Source of the DNA: Sphagnum compactum
Lineage: Eukaryota
NCBI GenBank assembly: GCA_965153455.1
Contig: OZ234494.1
Coordinates: 2,728,001 to 2,792,000 of the forward strand
DNA length: 64,000 bases
Reading direction: 5' to 3'
Shown one piece after another: positions 23,561 to 37,111 of this stretch; position 1 is the stretch's first letter, and each line of letters starts with the position of its first letter. The position numbers and the translations under genes were made by a program. The notes under the pieces are model-generated. The model saw nothing but the letters and a program-made list of their open reading frames with translations. It was not told the DNA's origin and searched no databases.

Positions 23561-25662
23561 AAGTTGTTGCATTGTGTTAGTTAGAAAAAACTCTTCAACA
23601 TCTTCATCCCCAATGTAATCTTGCAATTGTTGTTGTAAAATGTTGCCTTCACACTACTATAGTTATTTTATTAAGTTCTATGTGCAACAACAATGATGCA
23701 AGGTGTGTGTGCAAGTTTGTGCAAAAAAACAACAATGAAAAAGAACGTCAAATCCCTTGCATTGGATTCTTATCAATTTTTTATGTCTATAATAATATAA
23801 TAATAGTACATTATTCTTTTGGTTGGCCAATCAATATTTTGTAGACTGCATGTTGATGACCGGTCGGCCGCCCTTATCAACCCCCTTGTGGCTTTTGACC
23901 CATTGAACATCTTTGTGAAAGAGGATAGCACCATCAAATGGTGCCTCCTCCCTCCCAATGTCCCATGTATTTCCTTGACTCTTTTAATATGTGATGGGCC
24001 TATTTGTCCCATTCCCCCACCCCCATTGTGGGCTGTCTCTTGTGGCTTTTGATTGCTAACTAATAACATATAATGCAATGTTTATTGTTCTTGGGTGAGG
24101 GAGGTGCAAATAGTTATAGTGAACATTGGATGTTAAAATTAGTGTAGCATTCCATTTTCCTCTTATGGTTTGAGATGATCTAATCCATATCAATAATAGG
24201 GTTTATAGATGTGAGACTTATACCTTTGTTTTTGTACATTCTTGCTTTGTGATTCGTTGAGAAGTTGACATGGATAAGGTTTATTATTTCAATTGTGGCC
24301 ATCAATATGTTATGGGTGTAAGTGCTCCTTTCATTTTGTTGGTTTTGTCCATTGGGAAGAGGCAAACTACCCATTGGTGTAAGATTTGGTCATAAAATTT
24401 GGATTGAACTTAACCCAATGTGAGTGATATCTTGCACACTATGTGTGCGATGGATGGGCATGTTCCGTAGTAGAGCACGCATCTAGATGAGAAGTTCTAG
24501 ATCTAATGGGGAAGTTTAAAGTTTGAAAGTAGTTGATCCGCTTATAATTTCCTATGAGTTCTAGCAAATAAGCACATGAGCTAGTGATGAATGTGTTTTT
24601 GAAGTGAGTTTCCATGTGCACCACCCATCCACTATTCTTCTTGAAACACTTTTGAAGGATGAGTGAAAATCCTAAGTGGTAACCCTAAGGGTGATGGCTC
24701 ATTATTGTAGCCCTTCAAGGACCACGAAAGGTTTTGGGTTCAAACCCAATGGTGTGTAGGTGAAACTCGTACCAGCCCTCTACTTGCCAATGGGTTTGTC
24801 AAGTTAGATCTGATTTTGTGCTTCCCAAAAAAAACACATCTATTGGTAAAGCATTCACATGTCTTCGTTTCTATGTGTTTTTTTTTCCACCACATCTCAA
24901 TTAACTAAATCTAACCATTTGACATCATCTAATTATTTTGAACACATGACAACATAAGAATGTGCCATTAGTAACAAACACTCCATTCAAACATAACCCA
25001 AATAGTGTGTAGCACTATTCAAACCAAGTGGGTGGGGTAAGGACCAACCAGCCCATCTTATCCCATCCCAAACCTGCCAGGGAATAGTGGGTGGGTGAGA
25101 GTGCCACTATGGACATGAAAACCCCACCACCCAGCCACTCTTCTCCAGAAAATAGTGGGTGGGTGAGTCACATGGAAACTCGCCCTAAATGGGCCCCCCC
25201 CAAGTGCCCTCAAAAACCTCAAAAACTAGCCAATGGGTATTGTAATTGGCTAGTGGGTATTGTACTAAGAGACTGTTGGTCACACTTGTGTGGCACCACT
25301 CATTGTCCAACATCACTAAAACTGGGGTTTGATTGTTCCTTTGGAAGTTGTCAGTTTACACATAAATTGTCAGCTACATGCTACTAATTGTAGTGTCAAG
25401 TTGGGGTCTTCTTGTTTCTAAACTTGTTTTGCTCTTTTATTGAAAGTCATACAAACTTGGGTTTTGTATCATTCTTAATATACCCATCCTTCTTCTTCCA
25501 CAGAACTAGTTAACAACCCAATCACAAAAGAAGCCAAGCAACAACAAACACACACTACACACTTCTAGGGTTAAATACAATGAACAAGCTTGAGCCAGGT
25601 TTTGGGATGTTGGCATTGCAAAAGACCAGATTGGGAAAATAATAATCTGTAGCCAAATATTA

Positions 25663-26064
25663 GAGTTATCTGTAAAGTCACCCTCTCTTCTGGGCCTGCT
25701 TTCACCCTCTATCCCCTCTCCCTCTCAGTGGTATATCCGCAAAGCAAGGAAATTTTATTAAATCTCGGTATGAAATGCTAAACTCGGCATTTAATGCACA
25801 AGGTTCAAGAGTAGTTATAGTAGTCGTACATGTAGGAGAAATGAATGAAAATGTCAGCTGCAGCAGCAGTGGAGGCGCTCAGAAAAAGGAAAGACAGCAT
25901 GAAACTCAGTTTACCACCAAATTTGGTGGTGGGAAGACTAGTTTGGGTCCCAGTTATTTATTCGCTTTGTAACATTTTCATTTTCAGTTACGGGTTTGAT
26001 GCCCTATCATGCCGAAACTGGCCGCTCTCACCACCCCCTAATAGCGAGACTTTAGGGATAACTC
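25663..26064. mobile_element. MITE, copy 2 (same family as 9964-10495)
   Basis: TA|GAGTTATCTGTAAAGTC ... GACTTTAGGGATAACTC|TA. Internal segments shared with copy 1 include gcatttaatgcacaagg, gcagtggaggcgctcag, gaaactcagttt and tgccgaaactggccg. Confidence 0.8.
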
Positions 26065-26849
26065 TAATATGTAGCTCATAGTTCCAACTTGATCTCCATG
26101 TGCAATTTGAGATACCAAACCAGCTTGGAAGTGAACATATCTTAGGTAAGCCATGGAATAGCCCTTCAACAAGCCTACACACCAATTGGTAATAATTTCT
26201 ATTTTGAATTGGAAAATATGTAAAAAAGAAGTCTTAGGAGAAAATGTAGTTTTTAAGTATCTATTGCAAGTTTGGGTCTTAGGGATGAAACACCATCCAA
26301 GCCCAAGAAGGCACCCCATAACTTGGGCCACACCTAATCCACAACTTGGTCCACTTATACAAATTTTATTGGCCAAGTTGGTCGATGTTTCAAAAGGGCC
26401 AAATTCAAAAGTATACGGATTTTTGTGGACTAATAACCCACTTAATTTTTGGTCCAACTTTATGGCTTATAAGTGGACCCAAGTGTTGCCACACATAAGT
26501 CATTTTGAGTAAGCGTACAAACTTGATCCCCTAATAACTCACAAACTCAGAAGTATACAATTTTTCAATGTTTCAAAATGGCCAAACTTGTACACTTAAT
26601 TGTCAAGTTGAATTACATGAACTGTCCACAAAAAAATCAACTTGCCTACTTAAAAAAACATGCCCCTCTTTTCAAAAGTGTTTTTCTTTATAGTTTTGGG
26701 TTTAGGTCCAGAACTAGCAAAAGACTAGTTTCATGCTCTAGTGATGAAACCTGCCAATCATAAGAAAAAAGAGGAATACAAGGAACAAAATGGAAGGACC
26801 CACATCCATGAAAACAAATGAACCACCTAAGAGGGCGGACTACAAGGGG

Positions 26850-28330
26850 AACATCAAGTTCCTAAACCCCTCTAGTCACAAGAAGCACATCAAATAACGA
26901 AAGGGGAGGACCTCTTAAACCCCCTCCAATCACAAGAAGCATATCAAATAATGAAAGGGGAGGACCTTTGAAATGACACCTAGCCTAAATGAACTTTCAC
27001 CTGTTGCAACTGCACCTCTCAAAATAAAGACCACCTCGCATGTTATAACACCACTAACACCCTATGTCTAAACTAAAAAAGGAAGGTCTCCAATACCTTT
27101 CACTCCCCACGCCATGTTGGCATATTGATGATGAAACTCATATGCTTGTTGGTGTAGACATCCGAAAACCTTTACAACTATAGCGAAAAACATGTCCGTT
27201 AAGAATTGATCGTGATAAAAACTATCCTTTGCTTAAGCCATGATTATCGTAGCAACCCCACAAGAAACAGCAATTTGCAAGACCAAATCAACTCAAATGG
27301 GGTTGACAATGACAACATCTACCAATCTGCGAACACCATCGATTGATTGCACAATGTCAATTCGAAGGCATGAAAATTACAGGGTAAGGGGCAAAAGGAC
27401 ATGGATTTGCTTTCATGAAACTTGAAATCCCACATCTTTCACAATAGCTATGAAAGTATCTTGCACAACATCATGCAAGGTCGTCTTCTCCTCACCATGA
27501 GCATGGTGATAGAGGTGGATCCCCATAGAGTCCAAAGGTTGGCTACAAATGCAATGTGACACCCCAAGGACTAAAAGATAAGAAAGACCCAACCTAGTGC
27601 ACGATGCAGTGGAAAAACATATGAAACCAAGAAAAAACAAAAGGATGATTGGATGACCTAACAACCAAGTGCCTGCATCCAGCCCTGCACACAACCTCAA
27701 ATGTGTCTAGTGCAAATCAAAAGGTAAATCAGAAATGATGTTAGTAAAGGAATGGTATGCAATCTTTCTAAAATATTATCCTAAACACAATTTGTGCTTC
27801 TTTCAACCAATTGTTCAAAAAGGGGCACACATGTTGTAACCCCCAGGGGAAAAAGCTTTCCCATTGATTTCAAATGCACCTAAAAAAGGAATGGCCCCAA
27901 GCAATTTGCACTTATCGCCTCCAACAAGAATGGGTGAAAATCCAACAAAAACCTAGAAGCTATGACAAGGGCAACTAAGGCCCAATCCCCCAAATAAGCA
28001 GCTAGAACAATGATTTTCGAAAAAATCAACCTTACGCCCCCACTAAAAATGGGGAGAACCGCTTGATGAAATACTAAAAGGGTCTTAGGGCATTCCAATG
28101 AACTCAGACCCAAAAGTTTATCAAAAACTTTCTTCAAGGTCAAATAAAAAACAACAAATTGATTATGCAAACCTAAAAAGGAAGGAAGCAACAAAACAAA
28201 AATGAAGGCCTTTGGGCAAAACATTAAAAAATGATACCAAAAATGCTTGCAACCTTGCAAATTTTTTTTGAGATAAACCCTTAAGGTCTTAGGTCATTGG
28301 TGTTGTACAATGCACCTCAATGAATTGAAA
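26850..28330 (-). mobile_element. Decayed non-LTR retrotransposon fragment with restriction-like endonuclease (CRE/R2-type architecture)
   Basis: QAVLPIFSGGVRL resembles the RT thumb LP..GGLG. It is followed by RLGL..HCICSQPLDSMGIHLYHHAHGEEKTTLHDVVQD (zinc knuckle/RHD region) and RIDIV..DGVRRLVDVVIV (PD..D-like). Stops are present. A ~52-bp tandem duplication lies at 26865-26968 near the presumed 3' end. Confidence 0.7.
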
Positions 28331-31300
28331 TTCGATACTGAACACACACAAAACTTAGAATTTAAAACATTAATTCTAATTTCATGAACATTAACTATAA
28401 TTTCGAAAAAAAATTCATGGTCAAGCAAATTGAAACTCGATTCAACAAAAAAAGCCATTAACCAGTGATCATAATTCATGATTCATCACATTGACCCATC
28501 ACCCAGCCAAACCATTTATGCTTCAATTTAAAATTAAACCCAATTGCAAGAAAAAAAAAATCTAAAATTACCGACTACAATTAAAAAAACACATTATGGA
28601 AGAAGAACAACAACAAGACATGAGTACAAGCATTTATTGGGTGTTTAGCATTAGGTGGAAAAGGACCCCCATCTTTTAATGGTTGGGGTACCACAGTAGG
28701 AACTAAGAACGTATTGTGTCATGAGTCCTAAATTCAAAGGCAAAATTAATGTTCTAAGGTGTTTTAAATAATGAAAGGTGGATGTGTATACTTAGTCCTT
28801 CAATAAAAAATTGGATAAGAGGTGGTAAAAATCAATTCAATTTTTTTTTTAATGTCATGTTGAAATATAAACTAAAAAGGCATGCAAGATTCCAAGACAC
28901 TTCCAAAAATAGTAGTTTCTCATTTGAAATGTCAAAGTCTTATTAAAAACATCAAGCAATGTCCTATTTGTTGCATTTGCATACTTTGTATTTCCCTTCA
29001 AACCTTTGGAATGTAAACTAATCATTAACAAAATTAACGTGACCATTTTTATTAATGTAGCCTTTTAATGAATGTTTTTGAAATTCTGATGTCAATTTCA
29101 AAAAACAATGTTTTCTTTAAAAATTAAAATTTTATGCCAACTTGTAGAATATACTGCATTCTATTTGTGGTTTAAATGTAAAACAATTTGAACAAATATG
29201 GATCTATTCATATTGACTCTTTTTTGATAAATCTATGTAATGGGACACAATTTTTGAACCACGTTTCAAGACATTTAAAGAAGTTAAAATCATCTAAATA
29301 AAAATAACCATAACCACTTCAATTAAGACGTATGTGAGTATATATATATATAAGGAATTGTACAAATTAAAGATAAACAATTTGGTAAAGTTCACAGTCA
29401 TTCAAAGTAATCCAAACTATGATTTCATCCCATAAAAATAATCACTCAAAATACTAATCATCAAACAAAGGATGACAAACCAACATGTGTTGAAAAAACT
29501 AAAAGCAACGAACAAGTGACAAATGATGAACAAACAACAAACATTGAATGAACGATGAATGACCATGTTAAAAAAAAAAGGAATAACAAAAAAAACAAAT
29601 GTGTCTCAATCTCATTAACACATTAGAGGTCACAAATGCTCCCCATTTGTTAGTTGGTTAAATTTTTACAATATAAAATGGCAAGATTAGGTGTCAAGTT
29701 ATAAAATTTTTAAAATTCAAAATTTTAAGAATTAATCTAATTAATGCCAAATTCTTTTGAATAATATTGTAGACACAAACAAAACAAAGGGAGGACATTA
29801 CTAATGGTTATGTTGTGATCATTAAAACTATTTAAGGCAAGTGGTCAATAGACTTTTCTACATTATCATGTTGAAATTTGGTGAGAGATTAAAAAATATT
29901 TTGGAAAGCACCTTTGGATGACCTATGATAACATCAATGGAATGAACTAATGATAAAACTTGTAATTTGAAGGGGGATGTTTTTCTCGAGCTTTTTTGAA
30001 TCCTTTAAATTTAATGAAACCAACAACTGGGACATCATTGATTCAATTTGGGATTACTTCAAACACAAACTTTACATCACAATAAAAAAAACTTGTTGGT
30101 TTCATAATCAATATCAACCATGATATTCATTGATAGATTAAATGAATGTGTATGCAAAACATATTTGGATTTACATGGTTTGAAGGCATGGTTGTTTACG
30201 GTACTAGAATAGGATTTCATGTCTTAAAGATATTCTTTGGGGACATTAAACTTCCCTTATGTTTTCAATTGCAAAATCACTATTCTTCAAGGATGGTGTG
30301 AAAGGATGAATCCCATCCCAAATACATCTTAAGGTGTTATCTGGTTCCTAATATGTCCCTATACAAAGACATTTAAAAGTTGATGTCAATGTGGAGAAGG
30401 CTTAACCTTGGATGTTAATCATGTGGTGTGAACAAGGTCTAGATGTTTTTGAATGCAACGATTTACTACATCACCAAGTGAATGTGGCCACTTTGTTTTC
30501 TGAATCTTATGTATTAAAAAATCTTTGAGTTTAATGGTTAAAGAAATCAAAAGCGCACACACACACATATATAGCGCTAAACATTTAAGCATGTTAAAAC
30601 TATCCATTAAATCATGGAAATTCAGCTCAAAAACCATGATTTGGTGCCAAAATTGGGATACAAATGCAAAACTTCCATTGTAAAAAAAAACATGGTTCAA
30701 TTGACCAAAAAATTGGATAAAAGGCAACCAATTTGTGACATTTGTTGATTTCACTAATTAGTTAGAAGTCATACTAGACAAGTCATTTTGTACATGTCCA
30801 AATTGGTTGGTGATTTTTTTGTTTATCTTTTTATCTAGTCAACTTGGCCAACTTTCATTGAATCAAAATGACAATCAAAAGAAATAAACCAATTTAAAGA
30901 AATAATAATGCAAAAACACAACCTTTTTATGACCTACCTACTTACCAACCTATTTGTATATGTGTAGGTTTATACATACATACAATATGTACATATTTGT
31001 ATATATATGATTTATAATATATGTTGGTAATAAGGATTGAAGCTTGGTCTCCACGGTTGCAAGCTAATGTCTTTGCCAACCAACCATTACACGATTATCA
31101 TTGTAGCAACTACAGCCTCTAGTCAAATTTACCAAAATTTAAAATCAAAACAAACAATGTAATCAAATTACACACTTTGAAAAGCCATGATTTCTTGTAG
31201 TGTCAAGACAAAAATGATAGAAGGAATCAATGGGGTACAAAATTGGCTTTTGCCCCATAACTTGGAATCACTTTAAGTTTGGTGCTCGTCACAAAACTTT

Positions 31301-31382
31301 GAACATCATGTGAGAGCCCTTGTGTGTGAAGCCCATTTGTTTATGTGATGAAAAATTCATGTAAATGTGTAAGAGCACTTTG

Positions 31383-34300
31383 CTAAGAGCTCCATGTTCC
31401 ATCGTCTTCATTTGTCTCTATCTCAACCTCACTCAATGTTTCTTGAAAGTTTTTCATTTTTGTATCACCGTTATCAAAAGACCGATCCTCATACTTGTCG
31501 TTTGTAGCATGGCTTTCTATTATGATAACTCGCGCTTTTTCTTCAGTATTTGTTGCTACACCTACAAGTTGTGAAACATTCTCACCATAATTTGCTATTT
31601 CTAGGATTGGATAATAAGTAGGGATGGGCAATGCAAGGAGACTTTGAGATTGCTCACGAATGTGCCAAGGACAGATTCCTTTGCATTTGGGTTCATGGGC
31701 ATGATACAAAATCTAGGGCAAAAATTGGAGCACAATAATCTCCTTGACTCATGCAATTCTACTTAGAGATCTTCCATCGAGATTGCTTGCACCAATCGAT
31801 TTTGGCTTCCTGATGATGCCTATGGAAGAACATGTTGGAATCGGCAAAATGTTCCCATTCATCAGTTTCTTCAAAGTCAAGTATCTCCCAAACACCAGGA
31901 CAAAATCCAAACAAGAACCACTGAGAAATTAGTTAACCCGATAAGTAGCCATCCTGGAGACAGTAGCATTTCAATACTGTTGTTGTTCTGTGTCTGGCAA
32001 TCAAAGAACTGGAAGCAAGGAGGTCATGAAGTGGTCACAGATTGCAATGACGGTACATACAATTTACAATCACCAATCTGCCCACCTCCTTAGACTTCTA
32101 CAACATGAAAGATACTATTGACATTGCAGAGGGAATTAAGTACTTACTCCATAACAAAGCACTTTGAAAGGATATCCGGATCTCAGGAAGGAGCAACACA
32201 AGAGGCTCAAGTTGTGTGATACAACCATAGGGACTTGTTTTCAGCAGGGACCCGAATTCTAGAAATCCTAGAGCTGCTGAACCAGTCCTCTCGTGAAAAC
32301 ACAGTTCACAGGTCCTAATGCAGTCTCAATGCAATGGGCTCATGGTACATACTGGCAAGACAATGGAAATTGCAGAGGAATGCACACACCAACAATTTGA
32401 AGGTGGTAACATGACAATGGGTGCAATCATAACCTTATGAGAGTTGCTCACAAAGTCTCTAACCATCACCTTCATCACAAATAGTAGTGATGAGCTGCCA
32501 CAACTCCCCCCACTGACTTCATCAGCTCCCAACAATGGGTGTAGATAAGTATATAATAATGTGCCCAAAAATCTGGGCAGACCATTATGGTGTAGCTGCA
32601 ATCTATTCAGAAGATGATTAGGCCAAAAGGGATTCATGGTGGAGTGCTGCAGTGAGCTCTGCACTGTCATGTTGACCATGATGTAAACACTGCCTGGAAA
32701 CAGCGTTTGAGGTCAGACTTTTTCCCTGGACTTGATTTACATAATTTTGCACATTAGCAGCTAGTGGTTTCATTGGAAAAGCTTCGATCCGTCTCTTGCA
32801 TGATATGGGTGTTGTTGACCATGAGAATATAGATGACCCAAAGCTCCTTGATGATGCTCTAAACTTGTTTCTTGTGCAACACCTATCTAAATTTAAACCT
32901 TAGGTTCTCTGTTTTGATGAAATGGAGAGACTGTATGGTCAAAGTCTTATCATCCTCCAGAGCCTCCAGCTTACCGCAGTCTTCTGTGTCCACAGATGAA
33001 GCAAGTGGGTTGTGGAGTAGAATTCAAGCATGTGGGTTGTGGATTAGAACCTGGAATTTTCTGTCAGATCACACTCATGGTGATATATCCAGGTCTGATG
33101 TATTACCACCTTAAATTGTCCATGTACAACTGGACATTATGACTTTGTGATGTTGGTCTGATACTTTGTTTGTGACAATCTCAAGGTTCTGACTGCACTC
33201 ATTCCTGTCATGTTTCATTTGATTCCATGAGGGTTTTGCTGGAACTAATGCAACAGTTACTCTCAAAGTGTTATTGTGGAGTTTGCTCTGGAATTGCATA
33301 GAATTATATATGTGTATGTATGTCCAGGTGTTGGAACGAGAGATGAGAGACACCATGGAATTTCTATGAAAGAAACCAACCATCTGACCCTGGAGAACTT
33401 GTAGAAATTTGTATGAGGTTACAGTCCATGTAGTTCTTATAAAGCTTAGACGTATTTGACCTGGAGCAGCATTATGCAGAATGGATTCTAACCTCAAGTT
33501 CATATGATTAGTTCAGGCTTTCTCTAAATACAAGTGAATGTGCCTGTTGTGTCCATTCTTGGACAAAGTGCAGGTTTCTCAGCAATCCCAGCTTTAATGG
33601 TCAAGGTTGAATGAAGCTCCACACCATATGCTTCTGTCCTTGGGCCTTAAAATAGTTGATGTGTGGAGACAGAGAAGGTAGGGTTTCTCCCTAATAATGA
33701 CTGCAATTTAGGTCCACTCCATGTGGATTCTGTCCTTGGGGGCTTGCATGGTTGAGCTTTGCAGCAAGAAAGTAGAAATTCCTCCCTTGAGATCCTGGTG
33801 GAATGGGTCTGTGCATTGAGAATTCTGCCTTGTTCACTCTTTGATGGTTGTTTGACCAATTGGTGATGCAGGGTTTCTGGAGTCATGGTCATACATTCCC
33901 TGCTGATATTTGCTCCTAACCTCTTTCTTCTTTCCCTAAACCTGCAGGAGTCCCAAGTGGGGGTTTCCAAGTGCTGGATGCAAGGATGAGAACCCTGAGC
34001 AGGTTTAGAGTTTGATTGCAAGGTCATTGGAGGATCAACCTGGAGCCAACCACGTGGAAGTTGAGCTGTGCACAACCAGACATGCGAACACACGTTGAAT
34101 GCAAGCAAATCACCAAAGCGTCCTCATCCTTATGTGATTTAAGTCTTTCTTGATTTGTTGAAGAGAAACAGAAGCATATTGTGGTTAGAAACTCCAAAAC
34201 CAGACTCACAATTGCCTCAAAACTTAACAATATTTGTTTACCTAGTTGCGAGATCCAGATTTGTAAACATCGGAACCCCTGTATATTTGGAAGATGAACA

Positions 34301-34547
34301 AGAAGAGCATTTTCACTTCAAGTTGGGAGCTGCTGATTGATTGAAATTGAAGCAGCCTTTTGGCCTGTCTTCAAAATAAGTAACCTATGATCCTTTGAAA
34401 TCTGGACATGCCGAAAATCATTCTAACAAGTTTGACGCTTTTGAAGCTTTAGAAGATTTCCATGGCTAGACTTGTGGACTGGTTTGGAGTTGAGAAACTA
34501 ACTAGGTTGGGATTAGAGGAGGAACTGGAACTCAACCCCATCTCCAT
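31383..34547 (-). pseudogene. Possible decayed gene or spliced lncRNA divergent from the cpRNP gene
   Basis: Gene-like composition. Minus-strand splice signals: donor GTTATG at 34817 with a CTAAC branch point and TTGCAG acceptor at 34574; donors GTAAAC at 34241 and GTAAGT at 32147. ATG at 34547 (MEMGLSSS..) but the ORFs are fragmented (100-150 codons); no family recognised. Confidence 0.3.
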
Positions 34548-34736
34548 AGATGAAAGATAAATGATCAGGTCTCCTGCAATACTGAGACCCGTTAGATAGT
34601 TGGAAAATGTTCATAGAATTTACATCTCTCTCTTTTTCTCTCTCTCTCTCTCTCTCTCTCTGTGTCTGCAAAGTCTGCCATCCTAAATTGGCAAAGTTCT
34701 TCACTTAAAAGACGAGCTCGGTCTCCAAGATCACAA

Positions 34737-34751
34737 AACCCTAAACCCTAA
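34737..34751 (+). promoter_or_regulatory. Telo-box motifs (AAACCCTA) upstream of the cpRNP gene
   Basis: aaaccctaaacccta lies in a CpG-rich promoter-like segment; TAGGGTT also occurs at ~34799 and ~34870. Telo-boxes are established elements of plant genes for the translation/RNA machinery. Confidence 0.4.
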
Positions 34752-35457
34752 TCCATTCACTTCGGATGTGTATCTCCGAATCACGGATTTTCTGCTTCTA
34801 GGGTTACAGGCCATAACCTCATCGAAGCCGTCCAGTACTCAAGATCGACGGTTGAAAATGAGCGAGAATTAGGGTTAGTCATTACAGTCGATGGCCATCG
34901 ATACACATCCTCTCTTCTTCACTACTGGCCCCCCGGATTCTCACATACGTAAATTACATCGTGACCGTCGAGAGATGAATCTGAACGGTTACATTAAGGC
35001 TCAAATTAGGTTTCGAAGGCCCGTACATGCACTCGCTCACATCGTGGCCGTGGAATCAGAGGAATCGACGGTGATAAGATGGTTAGGGAAGCTGTGCATG
35101 GGGTACCATGGACGCCCATATCGTCTCCATCGCGGTGGTAGAGCGAAGAGCGTGTCCTCCGAAGAGCAGCGGAGGAAGCCAAACAAATTGCAAGCGTTGC
35201 AAGCGTTGCAAGCGTTGCAATTTTGTGAATTTTGTATTTCGCTTTGTTGTCTGCCTTTGTCTGGAGGAATTGATTGCTGCGGCGTTTGGAGTTGGACTAG
35301 AATTTTCTTGAATTTTTTTTCTCCTTCGGTTTTTGTCTGGTTTTTGTTTTCGCGGATTCTTTTCTGGAGCGTTCGTTCCTTAGGAGGTAGAGCAGTTTCT
35401 TTTCGTTTTTCTTCCTCTTTCGGTTTTTTTTTTTTGCTTTCGGCGTCGTTTTGCACT

Positions 35458-37111
35458 ATGGCGACCTCTTGTATCGCCTTCGCGGTGGCTACCGGCTCGT
35501 GTGCGGTCGTGTCCGGACGGGCAGAAGTGAAGCCGGCGGGAAAGGTGAATGTGGATGCGGTTCCTATGTCCGTCGTTGTTTCCCGTCTGTCATTCAATTG
35601 CTGCAGCAGTAGCAGCAGCAGCAGCAGAAGGAGCAGCAGGAGGTCTCTGAGGAGCACTACCGTCTCCGTGTACGCGTCGGAAATCGAGGATGAGGAGCTT
35701 GCCTCGGGTGGGATTGTGGAGCCGTCTGGTGAAGGTTCTGACGAGGAGTTGGTTTCCCCCCTGGCTACTGATGCCGATGATCCCCTCAACTTGAACGCCA
35801 TCGCTTCCCCGGAAGCTCCTGAGGGCTCAAAGCTGTACGTCGGAAACTTGCCATGGACCTGTGATAGTCAACAATTGGCGGAGGTCTTCCAAGACTGCGG
35901 AAGTGTTGAGCTTGTTGAGGTGCTCTTTCGAAACCTCTTCTTGTTTCCCTTGCAGTACAAAGTAGACATCTATATGTATCCGCACATCTTGAATTGTCTA
36001 CTCATTCAATGCAGCCCGGACATCCTATGGTTGGACTGTTGATATTGACGATGTACCAGTCATTCCAGACAAGATGTGTTCTACGTAAGTATAGGTGCAT
36101 GTTTCACTCTACTCGCATGGCGATCGACAGACCTGCCTTCTGCGAGTTCTTAGTAGATTTGACAAATCTCCAACTGAAGACTGTTTTCTTCGTGTTTTCT
36201 ACAGTTGAGGTCTTCACTGTTCAGAGCACGGTGACCACAGTAGTCTCGTAGCTTTAGTCTAATAGCCATTTATTCTGGGTGTATTTTCAGGTTATATATG
36301 ACAGAATAACTCAAAGAAGTCGCGGATTTGCCTTTGTCACGATGAGCACAGCTCAGGATGCCATCGCTGCCATCGAGAAATTGGATGGAATGGTATGTTC
36401 AACATAATCATCAATCCCTATTTTGCATCAAGCTGGGCTGTTTTTTGATTGTCCTCATTATGTTGAGTTACTTGATTGTGGTATTTCATCTGGAAATGTA
36501 ATTGTGAGCCTTTTTTTCTCCAGGACTTTGGTGGGAGAATTTTGAAGGTGAACTTCCCTCAAGCACCAACAAGAGAGCCAAGGACAAGCAGCTACAATAA
36601 TAGCCCTCCACGTAGAGAAGGTGGTGGTGGGTACAACAATCCCAACAAACTTTTTGTGGGAAATCTTTCCTGGAATGTGGATGATGTCACCCTCGAAACT
36701 ATTTTCAGCGACTATGGAAAGGTTTTGGAAGCAAAGGTTATTAGTGATCGTGAAACTGGGAGGTCAAGGGGCTTTGGATTTGTGACTCTAGCTTCTGCAG
36801 ATGAAGTGACTGAAGCAATCAACAACTTGGATGGAGCTGTAAGTCTTTCTTCAGATTTTCTCACTCTTGTGGTTTCAGTTAACAGCTCTCATGAAAGGGG
36901 TTTCTGTTTAGAGAGGGTCTGATCTTTGTAGGGATGTTATATGCAGTCTACTTCATCATGAATATGCAAGGGTCCTCCCTGATTTTGATGTGCTTCTGAG
37001 CTTGAATTCTGAAGCTTCGTACCATTTTTCTTGTTCCAACAGGAGCATGATGGAAGACAGTTACGAGTGAACTTGGCAGGAGAGAAGCCTCCAGCAAGGG
37101 GCGGATACTGA
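35458..37111 (+). CDS. Chloroplast ribonucleoprotein (cpRNP, CP29/CP31/CP33 family), two RRMs, 315 aa
   Basis: Exons 35458-35919, 36291-36392, 36524-36838, 37043-37111, all GT-AG and phase 0. Ser/Arg-rich transit peptide, acidic domain, RRM1 (KLYVGNL..RSRGFAFVTM), Gly-rich linker, RRM2 (KLFVGNL..RSRGFGFVTL), ending GRQLRVNLA. Confidence 0.95.

Noticed and set aside
35037-35801. 254-aa antisense ORF over cpRNP exon 1
   Set aside because: Mirror of the coding and U-rich leader sequence, with a non-ATG start and no domain.
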